Shown here: positions 8,873 to 18,372 of the stretch, in pieces | Layout of the letters: every line of letters begins with the position of its first letter | Position numbering within the stretch: position 1 is the first letter of the stretch | Source of the DNA: an uncultured delta proteobacterium | GTDB lineage: Bacteria; Myxococcota_A; Polyangia; Fen-1088 | Direction of reading: 5' to 3' | DNA length: 64,000 nt | Assembly (NCBI GenBank): GCA_963767925.1 | Contig: CAVYGB010000008.1 | Span: forward strand, 1,280,001 to 1,344,000 | Notes under the pieces: model-generated | What the model was told of the DNA's origin: nothing | Databases searched by the model: none | Seen by the model: only the letters and a program-made list of their open reading frames with translations | Position numbers and translations under genes: made by a program

Positions 8873-11185
8873 GCGGCGTCGGTCGCCCCTTCCCACGACT
8901 CCGAGCCTGAAGCTGCATCCGACGAGCCCACGCTCGTCATCCACAGGTCGGAGGACACGGAGGTCGCGTCGACGCCAGAGCCGCCCCGCAGGACGGGGAT
9001 GGTTGTGCCCGTGATCCGACCGACAGCCGTCGTCGAAGAAGAGGCGCCCCCGTCACCTGCTCTCGCGGCCGCGCTGGTGAAGCTGCGTGAGGTTTTTGGT
9101 TTCCGCCAGCTACGCCCCGGTCAAGCACCCATCATGGAGGCGGTGCTGGCGGGCCAGGACACGCTGGCGGTCCAGCCGACCGGCAGTGGTAAGTCCATGA
9201 CCTACCAGCTGCCGTCGATGGTGCTGCCAGGACCGACGCTGGTCGTCTCACCGCTGCTGGCCCTCATCGAGGACCAGGTCACCAAGCTGCAGAAGCTGGG
9301 TCTTCCCGTCGCACGCATCGACTCGACGCGCACCGCCAAGGAGCGGGCCGCCGATCTGGAAGACGTGCGTGCGGGCAAGATCCGCCTGGTGTTCATCACG
9401 CCGGAGTCGGTGTGCTCACCGACGGTGCAGGAGACCCTCGAGGGGGTGAAGTTCTCCCTCTTCGCGGTCGACGAAGCCCACTGCGTGTCGCAGTGGGGGC
9501 ACGACTTTCGCCCATCGTACCTCGGTCTGCGCCGCGCGGCCGAGGTGCTGGGACGCCCACCCATCCTGGCCCTGACCGCCACCGCCACGCCGGCCGTGGG
9601 CGACGACGTCGTCGCTCAGCTCGGCATGAAGAACCAGAAGGTGGTGCGGGTCTCGTTCCACCGGCAGAACCTCGCCTTCGACGTCCGCAAGGTGGCGGGC
9701 GAGGCGGACAAGCTGCGCGTCCTGGGCAAGCTGATCCAGCGCCTGCGCCGGCCCGGCATCGTCTACTGCGCCACCGTGCGCGCGGTCGACGACCTCTACG
9801 TGGCCCTCCGCCACGGCAAGATTCCGGTCGAGCGGTACAACGGCAAGATGACCACCGACGAGCGCGAGAAGGCCCAGGCGGCCTTCATGGCCTCCGGCCG
9901 CAAGGTGGTCATGATCGCCACCAACGCTTTCGGGCTGGGGATCGACAAGCCGGACATCCGCTACATCATCCACTACCAGATGCCGGGCTCCCCCGAGTCC
10001 TACGTGCAAGAGGCGGGACGGGCCGGGCGGGACGGCAAGCCGGCCCGCTGCGTGCTGCTGTTCCAGCCCGACGACATCGCCATCCAGGAGCACTTCCTCA
10101 AGGAAGCGCACCCCACCAAGACCCAGGCCCGGGCCGTCGCCGAGGGCCTCTATGCCTGGACCGACGAGGGCAAGGAGGTCTCGGTGCGAGACCTCGCGGT
10201 CTCGCTGGCCCTGCCGGAGCGGCGCGTGCGTGTCGTGCTCTCCGTGCTCGAAGGGATGGGCGTCGCCGAAGAGGTGCGGGCCGCGCGCTGGAAAGGCGTC
10301 GAGCCCCGGCCCACCCGAGAGCGGATCGACAAGGCGGCCCAGGTGTTCGAGGTCCGACGGATCACCGATCGGAGACGCCTCGCCGATCTGCTCAAGTACA
10401 TGAACACCCAGCGCTGCCGGGTGGAGATGCTGCGTGAGTATTTCGGCGAGCCCACCGGCGAGAGCTGCGGCCACTGTGACTCCTGTGCCGGCCTTGACAG
10501 CGAGCTGTTCGATCCGGGAGACGACGACCAACGTCACGACCTGCACGCCGCCACCGACTTTCACGCCCGCAAGCGGCGGCGCAAGCGGGGCGAGAAGGTC
10601 GCCATCGTCGACAAGCGGCCGGTCGCGCCGACCCCCGCCCGGCGGGTCCCCGTCCCGATCCCCACCACGCCCATTCCCGAGTTGCCGCCTCCCCTGGCGG
10701 CGATGGTGGTGCTCCCCCCGCCGGAGAGCGAAGCCACCTTCGATCCCCAGGTCTTCCTGGAGAGCCCGGATGCCGGGCAGCCCATGTCGGGGGAGGTCGT
10801 GCTCGACGCCGAGGAGGTCGCCGGTTGGCGGAATCTCCTCGAGCTGGAGCGGCCGCTGTCCGCCGAGGCCCTGACCACGGCGGACGAGGAGTTCCAGACG
10901 GCCTGGGCCGCGGTTCGCGACGCGAACATCCGACCGTACGCCGAGTGGCTGCCGACCAAGCCGGTGGCCTTGCCCGCGCTCGCCAGCCGGGCTCCGATCC
11001 CCAGCCGACCCCGGGGCGGCGGCGGGCCTCCCGCGCCCTCCCCCCCGAAGCGGCAGAACGGGGCCATCGATGCCGCGGATAGCCGGCGCAAGCGCCGGCG
11101 CCGGGGCCGGCGCCGACACGGCGAACCGAACAACGAGCCACGTGGTCCACGGCTGCCGGGCGTCTACAATCCCGGCGGCGACTAA
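8849..11185 (+). CDS. recQ: RecQ family ATP-dependent DNA helicase (CTG start proposed; first ATG is at 8999)
   Basis: PTGSGKS, DEAHCVSQWGHDFRPSY, ALTATA, ATNAFGLGIDKPDIR, QEAGRAGRDG, Zn cluster CR..CGHCDSC. Confidence 0.92.
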   Translation: MSTDTRWKAASVAPSHDSEPEAASDEPTLVIHRSEDTEVASTPEPPRRTGMVVPVIRPTAVVEEEAPPSPALAAALVKLREVFGFRQLRPGQAPIMEAVLAGQDTLAVQPTGSGKSMTYQLPSMVLPGPTLVVSPLLALIEDQVTKLQKLGLPVARIDSTRTAKERAADLEDVRAGKIRLVFITPESVCSPTVQETLEGVKFSLFAVDEAHCVSQWGHDFRPSYLGLRRAAEVLGRPPILALTATATPAVGDDVVAQLGMKNQKVVRVSFHRQNLAFDVRKVAGEADKLRVLGKLIQRLRRPGIVYCATVRAVDDLYVALRHGKIPVERYNGKMTTDEREKAQAAFMASGRKVVMIATNAFGLGIDKPDIRYIIHYQMPGSPESYVQEAGRAGRDGKPARCVLLFQPDDIAIQEHFLKEAHPTKTQARAVAEGLYAWTDEGKEVSVRDLAVSLALPERRVRVVLSVLEGMGVAEEVRAARWKGVEPRPTRERIDKAAQVFEVRRITDRRRLADLLKYMNTQRCRVEMLREYFGEPTGESCGHCDSCAGLDSELFDPGDDDQRHDLHAATDFHARKRRRKRGEKVAIVDKRPVAPTPARRVPVPIPTTPIPELPPPLAAMVVLPPPESEATFDPQVFLESPDAGQPMSGEVVLDAEEVAGWRNLLELERPLSAEALTTADEEFQTAWAAVRDANIRPYAEWLPTKPVALPALASRAPIPSRPRGGGGPPAPSPPKRQNGAIDAADSRRKRRRRGRRRHGEPNNEPRGPRLPGVYNPGGD

Positions 11186-11194
11186 CCTCGGGAT

Positions 11195-11255
11195 TGGCCG
11201 CAAGACTGGCAGCAAGACTGGCCGCAAGACTGGCAGCAAAGACGGGCAACGAGAC
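11195..11255. repeat. Tandem ~12-bp repeat tggc(c/a)gcaagac, 4 copies plus 1 degenerate
   Basis: tggccgcaagac tggcagcaagac tggccgcaagac tggcagcaaagac gggcaacgagac between recQ and the ABC genes. Confidence 0.85.
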
Positions 11256-11290
11256 AGGCCCGTCCTGCCAGGGGTAGATTCGCTCCGACC

Positions 11291-12796
11291 GTGCGCCACG
11301 GATCGGCACTCCTCGTCCTCTCTGGCCTCCTGGTCGCGGCGGCCGCGCCGGCCCGAGCCCAGCCCGCGCCTGACGGTCTGTCGCGGGTCCGGGCCGCTGG
11401 TGTCCTCCGCTGGGGCGGCGACGTGCAGGGAGGCGAGCCCTACGTCTTCGAAGATCCCCGACGCCCCGGTGAGCTGGTCGGGTTCGAGGTGGAGATCGCC
11501 CGCGCGCTCGCCGCGGCGATCGGGGTGCGGGCCGAGTTCGTCCAGAACGACTGGTCTCTCCTGGTGCCCACCCTCGAGCGGGGCACCGTCGACATCATCC
11601 TCAACGGCCTCGAGATCACCGACGAGCGCCGGCGGCTGATCCGGTTCTCCCGGACGTATTACACGTTCGCCGAACGCCTCACGGTGCGCGCCGGCGACCC
11701 CCGGATGCGAGACCTGGCGAGCCTGGCCGGTCGCCGGGTGGGCGCCCTCGCCAGCTCGCTGGCCTGGGATCTGCTGGGCTCGGCCGCCGCGATCCGGGTC
11801 CCCTACGAGGGGGTGGAAGAGCCCTACCGCGATCTGGCGACCGGGCGGATCGACGCCGTCCTGATGGACGACATCATCGCCGAGCGCTACGGGAACCGGG
11901 CCGGGCTGACAACCGCCGCCGACGTCGCCACCGGGCAATACGCGGTCGGGCTGCGCAAGGCCGACACCAGCCTGGCGGAGGCGATCGACGCCGCCCTGGG
12001 CGAGATGGAGCGACGGGGCACGCTGGCCGCCATCTTGACCCGCTGGAAGCTCGAGCCGGCGGGGCCTCCACCTCCCGACCGCGCGCCGGGAGCCTCGGCC
12101 CCGGGTGTTCCGGCCAGCGAGGGGACCCTGCCGGCGCGCTCGGGGCGGCTGACCGCGCGGCACCTCGTCCTGTTCCTGCAGGGGGCGGCGATCACACTCC
12201 TCATCTCGTGTGGGGCCATGCTGATCGCCATCTCCCTCGGCCTGGGTCTGGCGCTGGCCCGGCTCTCCCCGCGGGGCGCCGGGCGGCGGATCCTGGCCGG
12301 CGCCGCCACCGGCTACGTCGAGCTGTTCCGGGGGACGCCCGCGCTGCTGCAGCTCTACGTCCTCTATTTCGGCCTGGCGCCTGTCTATCCGCTGCACCCG
12401 CTGGCGGCGGCCATCCTGGGCCTGGGCCTCAACTACGCCGCTTACGAGGCGGAGATCTACCGCGCCGGACTGCAGGCGGTCCCCCGCGGTCAGATCGAGG
12501 CGGCGGAGGCCCTGGGGATGCCGGGGCGCCTCGTGGTGAGGCGGGTGCTGCTGCCGCAGGGGTTTCGCTTCTCCTTGCCGGGAATGGCCAACGACTTCAT
12601 TGCCCTGCTCAAGGACAGCGCCCTCGTGTCGGTGATCACCGTCGTCGAGCTGACAAAACGCATGACCATCGTCGCCGTCGACAGCGGCGGCTGGCTGGCA
12701 CCCGGCCTCCTGTGCGCAGGCCTCTACCTGTTCATGAGCTACCCGCTGTCGCGGCTGGCGCGCCGGCTGGAGCGGGCCCTGGGACCCCGGCCATGA
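11291..12796 (+). CDS. Polar amino-acid ABC transporter, fused substrate-binding protein and permease
   Basis: Signal peptide, SBP_bac_3-type GFEVEIA, then TM domain with FRGTP..QL, AAYEAEIYRAG, GQIEAAEALG, LLKDSAL. Confidence 0.92.
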   Translation: MRHGSALLVLSGLLVAAAAPARAQPAPDGLSRVRAAGVLRWGGDVQGGEPYVFEDPRRPGELVGFEVEIARALAAAIGVRAEFVQNDWSLLVPTLERGTVDIILNGLEITDERRRLIRFSRTYYTFAERLTVRAGDPRMRDLASLAGRRVGALASSLAWDLLGSAAAIRVPYEGVEEPYRDLATGRIDAVLMDDIIAERYGNRAGLTTAADVATGQYAVGLRKADTSLAEAIDAALGEMERRGTLAAILTRWKLEPAGPPPPDRAPGASAPGVPASEGTLPARSGRLTARHLVLFLQGAAITLLISCGAMLIAISLGLGLALARLSPRGAGRRILAGAATGYVELFRGTPALLQLYVLYFGLAPVYPLHPLAAAILGLGLNYAAYEAEIYRAGLQAVPRGQIEAAEALGMPGRLVVRRVLLPQGFRFSLPGMANDFIALLKDSALVSVITVVELTKRMTIVAVDSGGWLAPGLLCAGLYLFMSYPLSRLARRLERALGPRP

Positions 12797-12866
12797 CGGC
12801 GACCGGAACGACCGAGCGAGCGACCAAAAATGCGGCGAGGAGAGCGACAGGGAAGGAGGCCCGCCC

Positions 12867-13538
12867 GTGTTGCAGGTGACCGGCCTGAGCAAGCTCTACG
12901 GAGATCGGGACCTGTTTCGCGACCTCTCGTTCACCGTGGCCCCGGGTGAGGCGGTGGCGGTGATGGGGGCCTCCGGAAGCGGCAAGACCACCCTGCTGCG
13001 CTGTCTGGACGGCTTCGAGCAGGCCGACGCAGGCACCGTGCGGGTGGGAGACGCCGCGGTCGATCACCGCGACCCGCCCGAGCGGTTCCACGCGGCGGTG
13101 CTCGCCTTGCGCCGACGGGTGGGCTTCGTGTTCCAGGGCTGGCATCTGTTTTCCCACCGGACCGTCCTGGAGAACGTCATGGAGGGTCCCCGGGTGGTCC
13201 GGGGCGTGCCCCTGGCGGAGGCACGGGCCCACGGGCAGGTTTTGCTGGAGCAGGTGGGGATCGCCCACCGCTCCCGGGCCTTTCCCCACCAGCTCTCGGG
13301 CGGAGAACAGCAGCGGGCGGCCATCGCCCGCGCGCTGGCCATGAGCCCCGAGGTCCTGCTCCTGGACGAGCCGACCAGCGCCCTCGACGACGCCCGGATC
13401 GAACGGCTGGTCGAGCTCCTGCGGAACCTCGTGCGAGGTGGGCTGGCCCTCGTCGCCGTCACCCACGACGGCGACTTCGCCCGGCGGCTCGGCGGACGCA
13501 TCGAGCGCCTCGAGGACGGGCGGCTGGTCAGCGCTTGA
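12867..13538 (+). CDS. Amino-acid ABC transporter ATP-binding protein
   Basis: GASGSGKT, LSGGEQQR, LLDEPTSALD, VTHD. Confidence 0.93.
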   Translation: MLQVTGLSKLYGDRDLFRDLSFTVAPGEAVAVMGASGSGKTTLLRCLDGFEQADAGTVRVGDAAVDHRDPPERFHAAVLALRRRVGFVFQGWHLFSHRTVLENVMEGPRVVRGVPLAEARAHGQVLLEQVGIAHRSRAFPHQLSGGEQQRAAIARALAMSPEVLLLDEPTSALDDARIERLVELLRNLVRGGLALVAVTHDGDFARRLGGRIERLEDGRLVSA

Positions 13539-15585
13539 AGCGTCCGAGCAACTTCTGGAAGAAGCCCTTCTTCTTTCCGGGAGGGGCCTTCTTGAGGGCC
13601 ACCGCGACCCGCTGGCCCTTGCGGCTCCGGACGGTGAAGCGCTTGCGGGTGGTCTCGTAGCCCTGCTTGACGAAGGTCAGATCGTAAGTGACGCCGGGGT
13701 TGAAGCGCAGGCTCATGGGCGCACGACCGAGGACCCGGTTTCCGAGCTTGATCACCGCTCCGTCGGGCTTGCTCTCGATGCGCACCGAGGCCGGCTCCCT
13801 GGCCGCCACCCGCCGGGCGGGCGCGGGCTGGCTCGCTCCCCGGCGCGGCGGGGCCGAGGGGGAGGTCCTGCCCGGCGAACGCGCGCTCGCCCCCCGGGCA
13901 GGGTTCCCGGCGGGGGCGGCGGTCGGTGGGCTGCCCGCCGCGGGATCGTCCTGGTTCTCCGGCGTCTCCTGACCGATCACCTTGTCCGCGATGTCGGGTT
14001 CCTGGCGCTTGAGCAGGGTCTCCTCGTCCTCCTCCTCGGCCGCCGCTTCCCCCTCCGGCTCTTCGGCCGCAGTGGGGGCCGGGGGCTCGGCGGGCCCGGG
14101 CTCGGGGACAGGCTCGGCGCTGGCCGGCGGAGCTTCGGCGACCGCCTCGGTGGCCGGCGGCGGGGCGGCGACCTCTGCACGTTTGTCCTCCGCGATGAGC
14201 GGGGCGGGGCCTGTCCCGGACGCGGGGGGACCGGTGGCCGGGAGCGGGGCGGGGACGCCGGTCCCGCGGTCGCGGCCCAGCCAGCCATCGACGAGGGGAC
14301 CGAGCTCGTCGGGGCGCAGCCGCAGCGCCGCCAGCGCGCCCGCGGTGAGGGCCGCTCCCGTGATCAGGCCACCGATCAGCCAGCGCCGGCGGCTGGGCAA
14401 GGTGGGAAACGACATCGGGGAAGGAACCCGATAGGGGCTGTCGGACTGCGGAAACACCGGCGGACGGGCCTCCGGCTCGGTCATCCCCGGCGACGTGTTG
14501 GGGAAGATCCGGAAGGCCTCCGCCGCCCGGATCACCGAGGGCGAGGTGGCGCCACGAGGCCCGCCGATGGCCGCCACGGTGGAGACCTCCTCGAACACGA
14601 TGTCCTCGTCGAGATCGATCTCCTCCACCTCGACGTCGGGCGGCGGCGTGGCGGCGCGGCTGGTGGGTGCCACCTGATCCTTCTCGGCCAGCGCGATCAG
14701 CCAGCGCTTGAGCTCGGTCTGCCCGGCCGGCCGGTACACGCTCCGTTGTGCCGCTTCGAGGTCGAGCAACATCTCCTCGGCGGTCTGGTAGCGGGCCTTC
14801 GGATCGCGCTGCATGGCCCGCTCGACGATCTCGGCGATGGCGGACGGCAGATCGGGCTTGGCCTCCCGGGGGCTGGGAAACTGGGCCTGCTGCACCCGCA
14901 AGATGGTCTCGAGGTCGGTCGGGGACTCGAACGGCCGCCGGCCCACAACCAGCAGGTAGAGCATGGTGCCCACCGAGAACAGATCGGAGCGGGAATCGAG
15001 GTCCGAGCCCGAGGCCTGCTCGGGCGACATGAAGGCGAGCTTCCCCTTGATGATCCCCTCGCCGGTGCGCTCGCGCCGGCCCATGGCCGCCTTGGCGATC
15101 CCGAAGTCGGTGAGCTTGACCTCCCCTTGCTCGCTGATCAGGACGTTGTGGGGGCTGACGTCCCGGTGGACGATGCGCAGCGGTTCACCCCCCCGGGTCT
15201 GGCCGTGGGCGTAGCTCAGCGCCCGGCACACCTCGGCCACGATGTAGAGCGCCAGCTCCGGCGCCAGGGCGTGCATGGTGCCGCGGATGCGGCCCAGGAT
15301 GCGGTTGAGATCCCAGCCATCGACGAGCTCGAGCACCAGGAAGTAGCGGCCCTTGCTCTGGCCCAGATCGAGCACCTGGACGATGTTGCTGTGGTTGAGG
15401 CTCATCGCCACCAGGGCCTCGTCCACCAGGAGGTTCCGGAACTTCGGATCCGCGAGCAGCGCCGCCAGGATCTGCTTTAGCACCACGCGGCGCTCGAACC
15501 CCTCGGCCCCATGCTGGATGGCGAGGAAGATCTCGGCCATCCCGCCGTCCGCGATCTTGCTGACCTTTCTGTAGCGGGCGGGCAT
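13528..15585 (-). CDS. Membrane Ser/Thr protein kinase with C-terminal PEGA-like domain
   Basis: GGMAEIF, HRDVSPHNVL, DFGIAK, GKLAFMSPEQ; TM helix; Pro/Glu-rich linker; IESKPDGA..GRAP..KQGY. Confidence 0.92.
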   Translation of the reverse strand: MPARYRKVSKIADGGMAEIFLAIQHGAEGFERRVVLKQILAALLADPKFRNLLVDEALVAMSLNHSNIVQVLDLGQSKGRYFLVLELVDGWDLNRILGRIRGTMHALAPELALYIVAEVCRALSYAHGQTRGGEPLRIVHRDVSPHNVLISEQGEVKLTDFGIAKAAMGRRERTGEGIIKGKLAFMSPEQASGSDLDSRSDLFSVGTMLYLLVVGRRPFESPTDLETILRVQQAQFPSPREAKPDLPSAIAEIVERAMQRDPKARYQTAEEMLLDLEAAQRSVYRPAGQTELKRWLIALAEKDQVAPTSRAATPPPDVEVEEIDLDEDIVFEEVSTVAAIGGPRGATSPSVIRAAEAFRIFPNTSPGMTEPEARPPVFPQSDSPYRVPSPMSFPTLPSRRRWLIGGLITGAALTAGALAALRLRPDELGPLVDGWLGRDRGTGVPAPLPATGPPASGTGPAPLIAEDKRAEVAAPPPATEAVAEAPPASAEPVPEPGPAEPPAPTAAEEPEGEAAAEEEDEETLLKRQEPDIADKVIGQETPENQDDPAAGSPPTAAPAGNPARGASARSPGRTSPSAPPRRGASQPAPARRVAAREPASVRIESKPDGAVIKLGNRVLGRAPMSLRFNPGVTYDLTFVKQGYETTRKRFTVRSRKGQRVAVALKKAPPGKKKGFFQKLLGRFKR

Positions 15586-15647
15586 GCCGGAACGAAAACG
15601 ATCATGAAGGCTTGGTCGGCGGGGTCAAGCTATAGTCCCTGTACCTC

Positions 15648-16901
15648 ATGGGCTTACCGTTCCATGCGTGCTCGGTGAATGTCGCACCTGCCGCCCGCGC
15701 CCTCTCGCTGGTCGGGGTGCTCGCCGCGCTGGCTGGCTGTGGAGAGGAGATCCCCAGCTACGGCGAAGATCCCTGGCTGCGCGATCCGCCGGCGCTGGGA
15801 TCGCTGTCGGGAAAGATCGTCACCACCAACTTCGGCGACGACACCCTGTCGGTTGTTGATCCGCAGGCGCCCTCGGCCGCACGGCGCCTGCCGGTCGGCT
15901 TCAATCCGGTGGAGCTCGAAGGGCCCCATCACGTCTCGGTCGATCCCCGGGGGCGTTTCCTGCTGGTCAACCTGAGCTTCGCGGTGGCCGGATCGGGCAG
16001 CGGTCCACACGGCGTGCACGGGCTGGGCGATCAGCCCGGCTACGTGGTCAAGATCGATGCCGCGACGGGGCAGGAGGCGGGGCGGGTGCGGGTCGATGCC
16101 AACCCGGGCGACAACACCTTGTCGCTCGACGGGAAGACCCTCTTCGTCACGCACTACGACGAGATCCGGTGGCGGCGCCAGCAGGCCGACTCGAACCTGG
16201 TGCTGATCGACGTCGAGCAGATGGTGGTGATCAAGAAGCGGCCCCTCTGCCCGGCAGCCCACGGGGTGCGCCTGACCGCCGACGGCGCGACGCTTTACGC
16301 GACCTGTGGTCCGGACGAGATCGCGGCGGTGGCGGTGAACGATCCCGAGCTGCCGGTCCGGCGCTTCAAGGTGCCGGGTGGCATCGGCGGAGCCGCCTGC
16401 CAGCGCTGTCCCTATGCCCTGGCGGTGGCGCCAGATGCGACGGTGTGGGTCTCGAGCCTGGGCCCCAACAGCGGCTCGAACGGACGTGGCAGCGTCGACG
16501 TGTTCGATCCGGAGCTGGACGGCGGAGCCTTCGATCCCATGCGCCGGGTAACCCTGCAGGGGCGCCCGGTGTTCGCCGCCTTCGTGGATGGCGCCGAAGG
16601 CTACCAGGTGCTGATCCCCGAGCAAGCCGGCCCGGGCGACGCGATCCAGGTCTACTCCGCCGGCGGACGCGGCGAGGCGCCGCAGCGGATCTCGACCCTC
16701 CCTCTCGAGCGGAGCCAGTGCCTGAACGCCCACATGTTGCTCGTCGAGCCCGACGGCCAGCGGGCCCAGCTCGTCTGCGAGGGCGACCACCGCGGGGCGG
16801 GGAGCTTCCTCTGGCTGGATCTGATGGGCCAGTCGGTGCGCGGCTCGGTGCCCATCGGAGTGTTTCCGGACGGCCTGGCGCGGGTCCCGGCGCCGCTGTG
16901 A
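15648..16901 (+). CDS. YncE-like beta-propeller lipoprotein
   Basis: Lipobox LAGC; repeated blades (TNFGDDTLSVVD, LSLDGKTLFVT, LTADGATLYAT); ends IGVFPDGL. Confidence 0.7.
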   Translation: MGLPFHACSVNVAPAARALSLVGVLAALAGCGEEIPSYGEDPWLRDPPALGSLSGKIVTTNFGDDTLSVVDPQAPSAARRLPVGFNPVELEGPHHVSVDPRGRFLLVNLSFAVAGSGSGPHGVHGLGDQPGYVVKIDAATGQEAGRVRVDANPGDNTLSLDGKTLFVTHYDEIRWRRQQADSNLVLIDVEQMVVIKKRPLCPAAHGVRLTADGATLYATCGPDEIAAVAVNDPELPVRRFKVPGGIGGAACQRCPYALAVAPDATVWVSSLGPNSGSNGRGSVDVFDPELDGGAFDPMRRVTLQGRPVFAAFVDGAEGYQVLIPEQAGPGDAIQVYSAGGRGEAPQRISTLPLERSQCLNAHMLLVEPDGQRAQLVCEGDHRGAGSFLWLDLMGQSVRGSVPIGVFPDGLARVPAPL

Positions 16902-17638
16902 CAACCCCTGCGCCCCCTCACCGCTTGCGCCGGACGCTGATCTTCGTCGGGCTCACGCTGGCCGCCGCCGGACTGGGCTGCGGCGACCAGGAGGTCCCCG
17001 CGGCCGAGCTGGGCGAGCGGCTCTTCTCCGACAGCGGGGTCTCGACGAGCCGGCGCAACCGATATAGCTGCGCCACCTGCCACACGGTCGAGCCCCAGGC
17101 CCCGCTGGTGGTGCCCGGGCGCTACGACTCCGGCTACAACCTGGCCAACACCTTCTCCCGTCCGAGCTGGTGGGGTGGGTACGCCGGCAAGGTGCTCGAT
17201 GCGGTGAATGTCTGTGTGACCGAGTTCATGGGCGGCCGCCGGCTGGCGCCGGAGGATGCCGAGGCCCGCCAGCTCGGCGCCTACCTGGCGGGGGCCAGCT
17301 CGCCCGAGCCACAGCCGGCGGCGCCGCTGACCATCGTCCGGGCGGTCACGCCCCTCGACGGCCTGACGGGGAATCCGGCGGTCGGCGCCGTCGTCTACTC
17401 CGCCGGCTGCCAGCGTTGCCACGGGTCGCCCCGCAGCGGGGCCGGGCGCCTCGACGAGACCTTCTCCATCGTGCCCGACGACACGGTCAAGGTGTTCGGG
17501 GACCAGGCCCGCCACGCGGTGGTCGAGAAGCTCCGGCACGGCCGCTTCTTCAACGTCGGCGGCGTCATGCCCCTTTACACCGCCGAGGCCCTCTCGGACG
17601 CCCAGGTCGCCGATCTGCTGGCCTTCCTGGGACTCTAG
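16898..17638 (+). CDS. Diheme c-type cytochrome lipoprotein (TsdA/SoxA-like fold)
   Basis: GLGC lipobox, CATCH and CQRCH heme motifs, VNVCVTEFMGG, GGVMP; GTG overlaps upstream stop (GTGA). Confidence 0.85.
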   Translation: MTTPAPPHRLRRTLIFVGLTLAAAGLGCGDQEVPAAELGERLFSDSGVSTSRRNRYSCATCHTVEPQAPLVVPGRYDSGYNLANTFSRPSWWGGYAGKVLDAVNVCVTEFMGGRRLAPEDAEARQLGAYLAGASSPEPQPAAPLTIVRAVTPLDGLTGNPAVGAVVYSAGCQRCHGSPRSGAGRLDETFSIVPDDTVKVFGDQARHAVVEKLRHGRFFNVGGVMPLYTAEALSDAQVADLLAFLGL

Positions 17639-17733
17639 CCCAGCCGGGGGCTCCGAGGACTCTGGCGGCGCGCGCCAGAGTGGCGGTTGCTTCTGCGGCG
17701 CCGCATGGCCATGATTGGCCCAGGAGGTCCGTC

Positions 17734-18348
17734 ATGATGAGCCGCACCATCGTGCTTCTGCCGGCACGTTCGCTGGTCCTCGCGACGATCCTGGCTCTCG
17801 GCGGCTGTGCCGCGAACCAGGGCCCCCCCACGCGCGAGGTCAAGATCGGCGTCGACGTGGGCCTCCGGCGGGGCGCCTCCTGGACGACGTTCAACGTCCG
17901 GCCCTCCCGGGTGGTGGGCCCCACCGCCACGCTGGAGTTCAAGAAGGGAAAGATCTCCGGGTTCCTGGACAACCAGACGGTGCACCTGGATGTCAAGCCG
18001 GAGGAGCTGACCGGCGTGGCCGGCGGTCGGGTGGCGCTCGACATCGATCAGCAGCCAGGCAGCATGGCCATCTCGGGGATGTGGAACGACGCCCGGGTGC
18101 ACTTCGAGATCACGCCCGACTCGTTGCGCGGCACGATCACCGGCGGATCGCTGGGGCACTGCCAGTACGTCCTCGACCAGACCGACGGGGACGGGGCGCG
18201 CTCCGGGACCTCGATCTGCAGCTTCATGCCCGAGGAGACCCGCCTGGAGTTTCCCGGGACGGTCGAGAAGTGGCTGGGGCGCGGCGAGACCGTGGCCGTC
18301 CTGCTGGCGCTCCTCTCCTCCGCACCCGCCACCACCGCCGACTACTAG
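17734..18348 (+). CDS. Hypothetical lipoprotein
   Basis: AGGAGG SD, LALGGC lipobox, beta-rich sequence with GC3-biased codons. Confidence 0.7.
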   Translation: MMSRTIVLLPARSLVLATILALGGCAANQGPPTREVKIGVDVGLRRGASWTTFNVRPSRVVGPTATLEFKKGKISGFLDNQTVHLDVKPEELTGVAGGRVALDIDQQPGSMAISGMWNDARVHFEITPDSLRGTITGGSLGHCQYVLDQTDGDGARSGTSICSFMPEETRLEFPGTVEKWLGRGETVAVLLALLSSAPATTADY

Positions 18349-18372
18349 AAGACGGCCGACCGCGTGCGGAGC

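Noticed and set aside
11195..11255. Possible CRISPR arrays at 11.2 kb and 42.3 kb
   Set aside because: Units are 11-12 bp, directly abutting, with no spacers and no cas genes.
9416..12892. Very long antisense and alternative-frame ORFs (e.g. 1158 aa here, 987 aa at 33357-36320, 664 aa at 19510-21504)
   Set aside because: Shadow ORFs of real genes; stop codons are scarce at high GC and the translations have no recognisable motifs.
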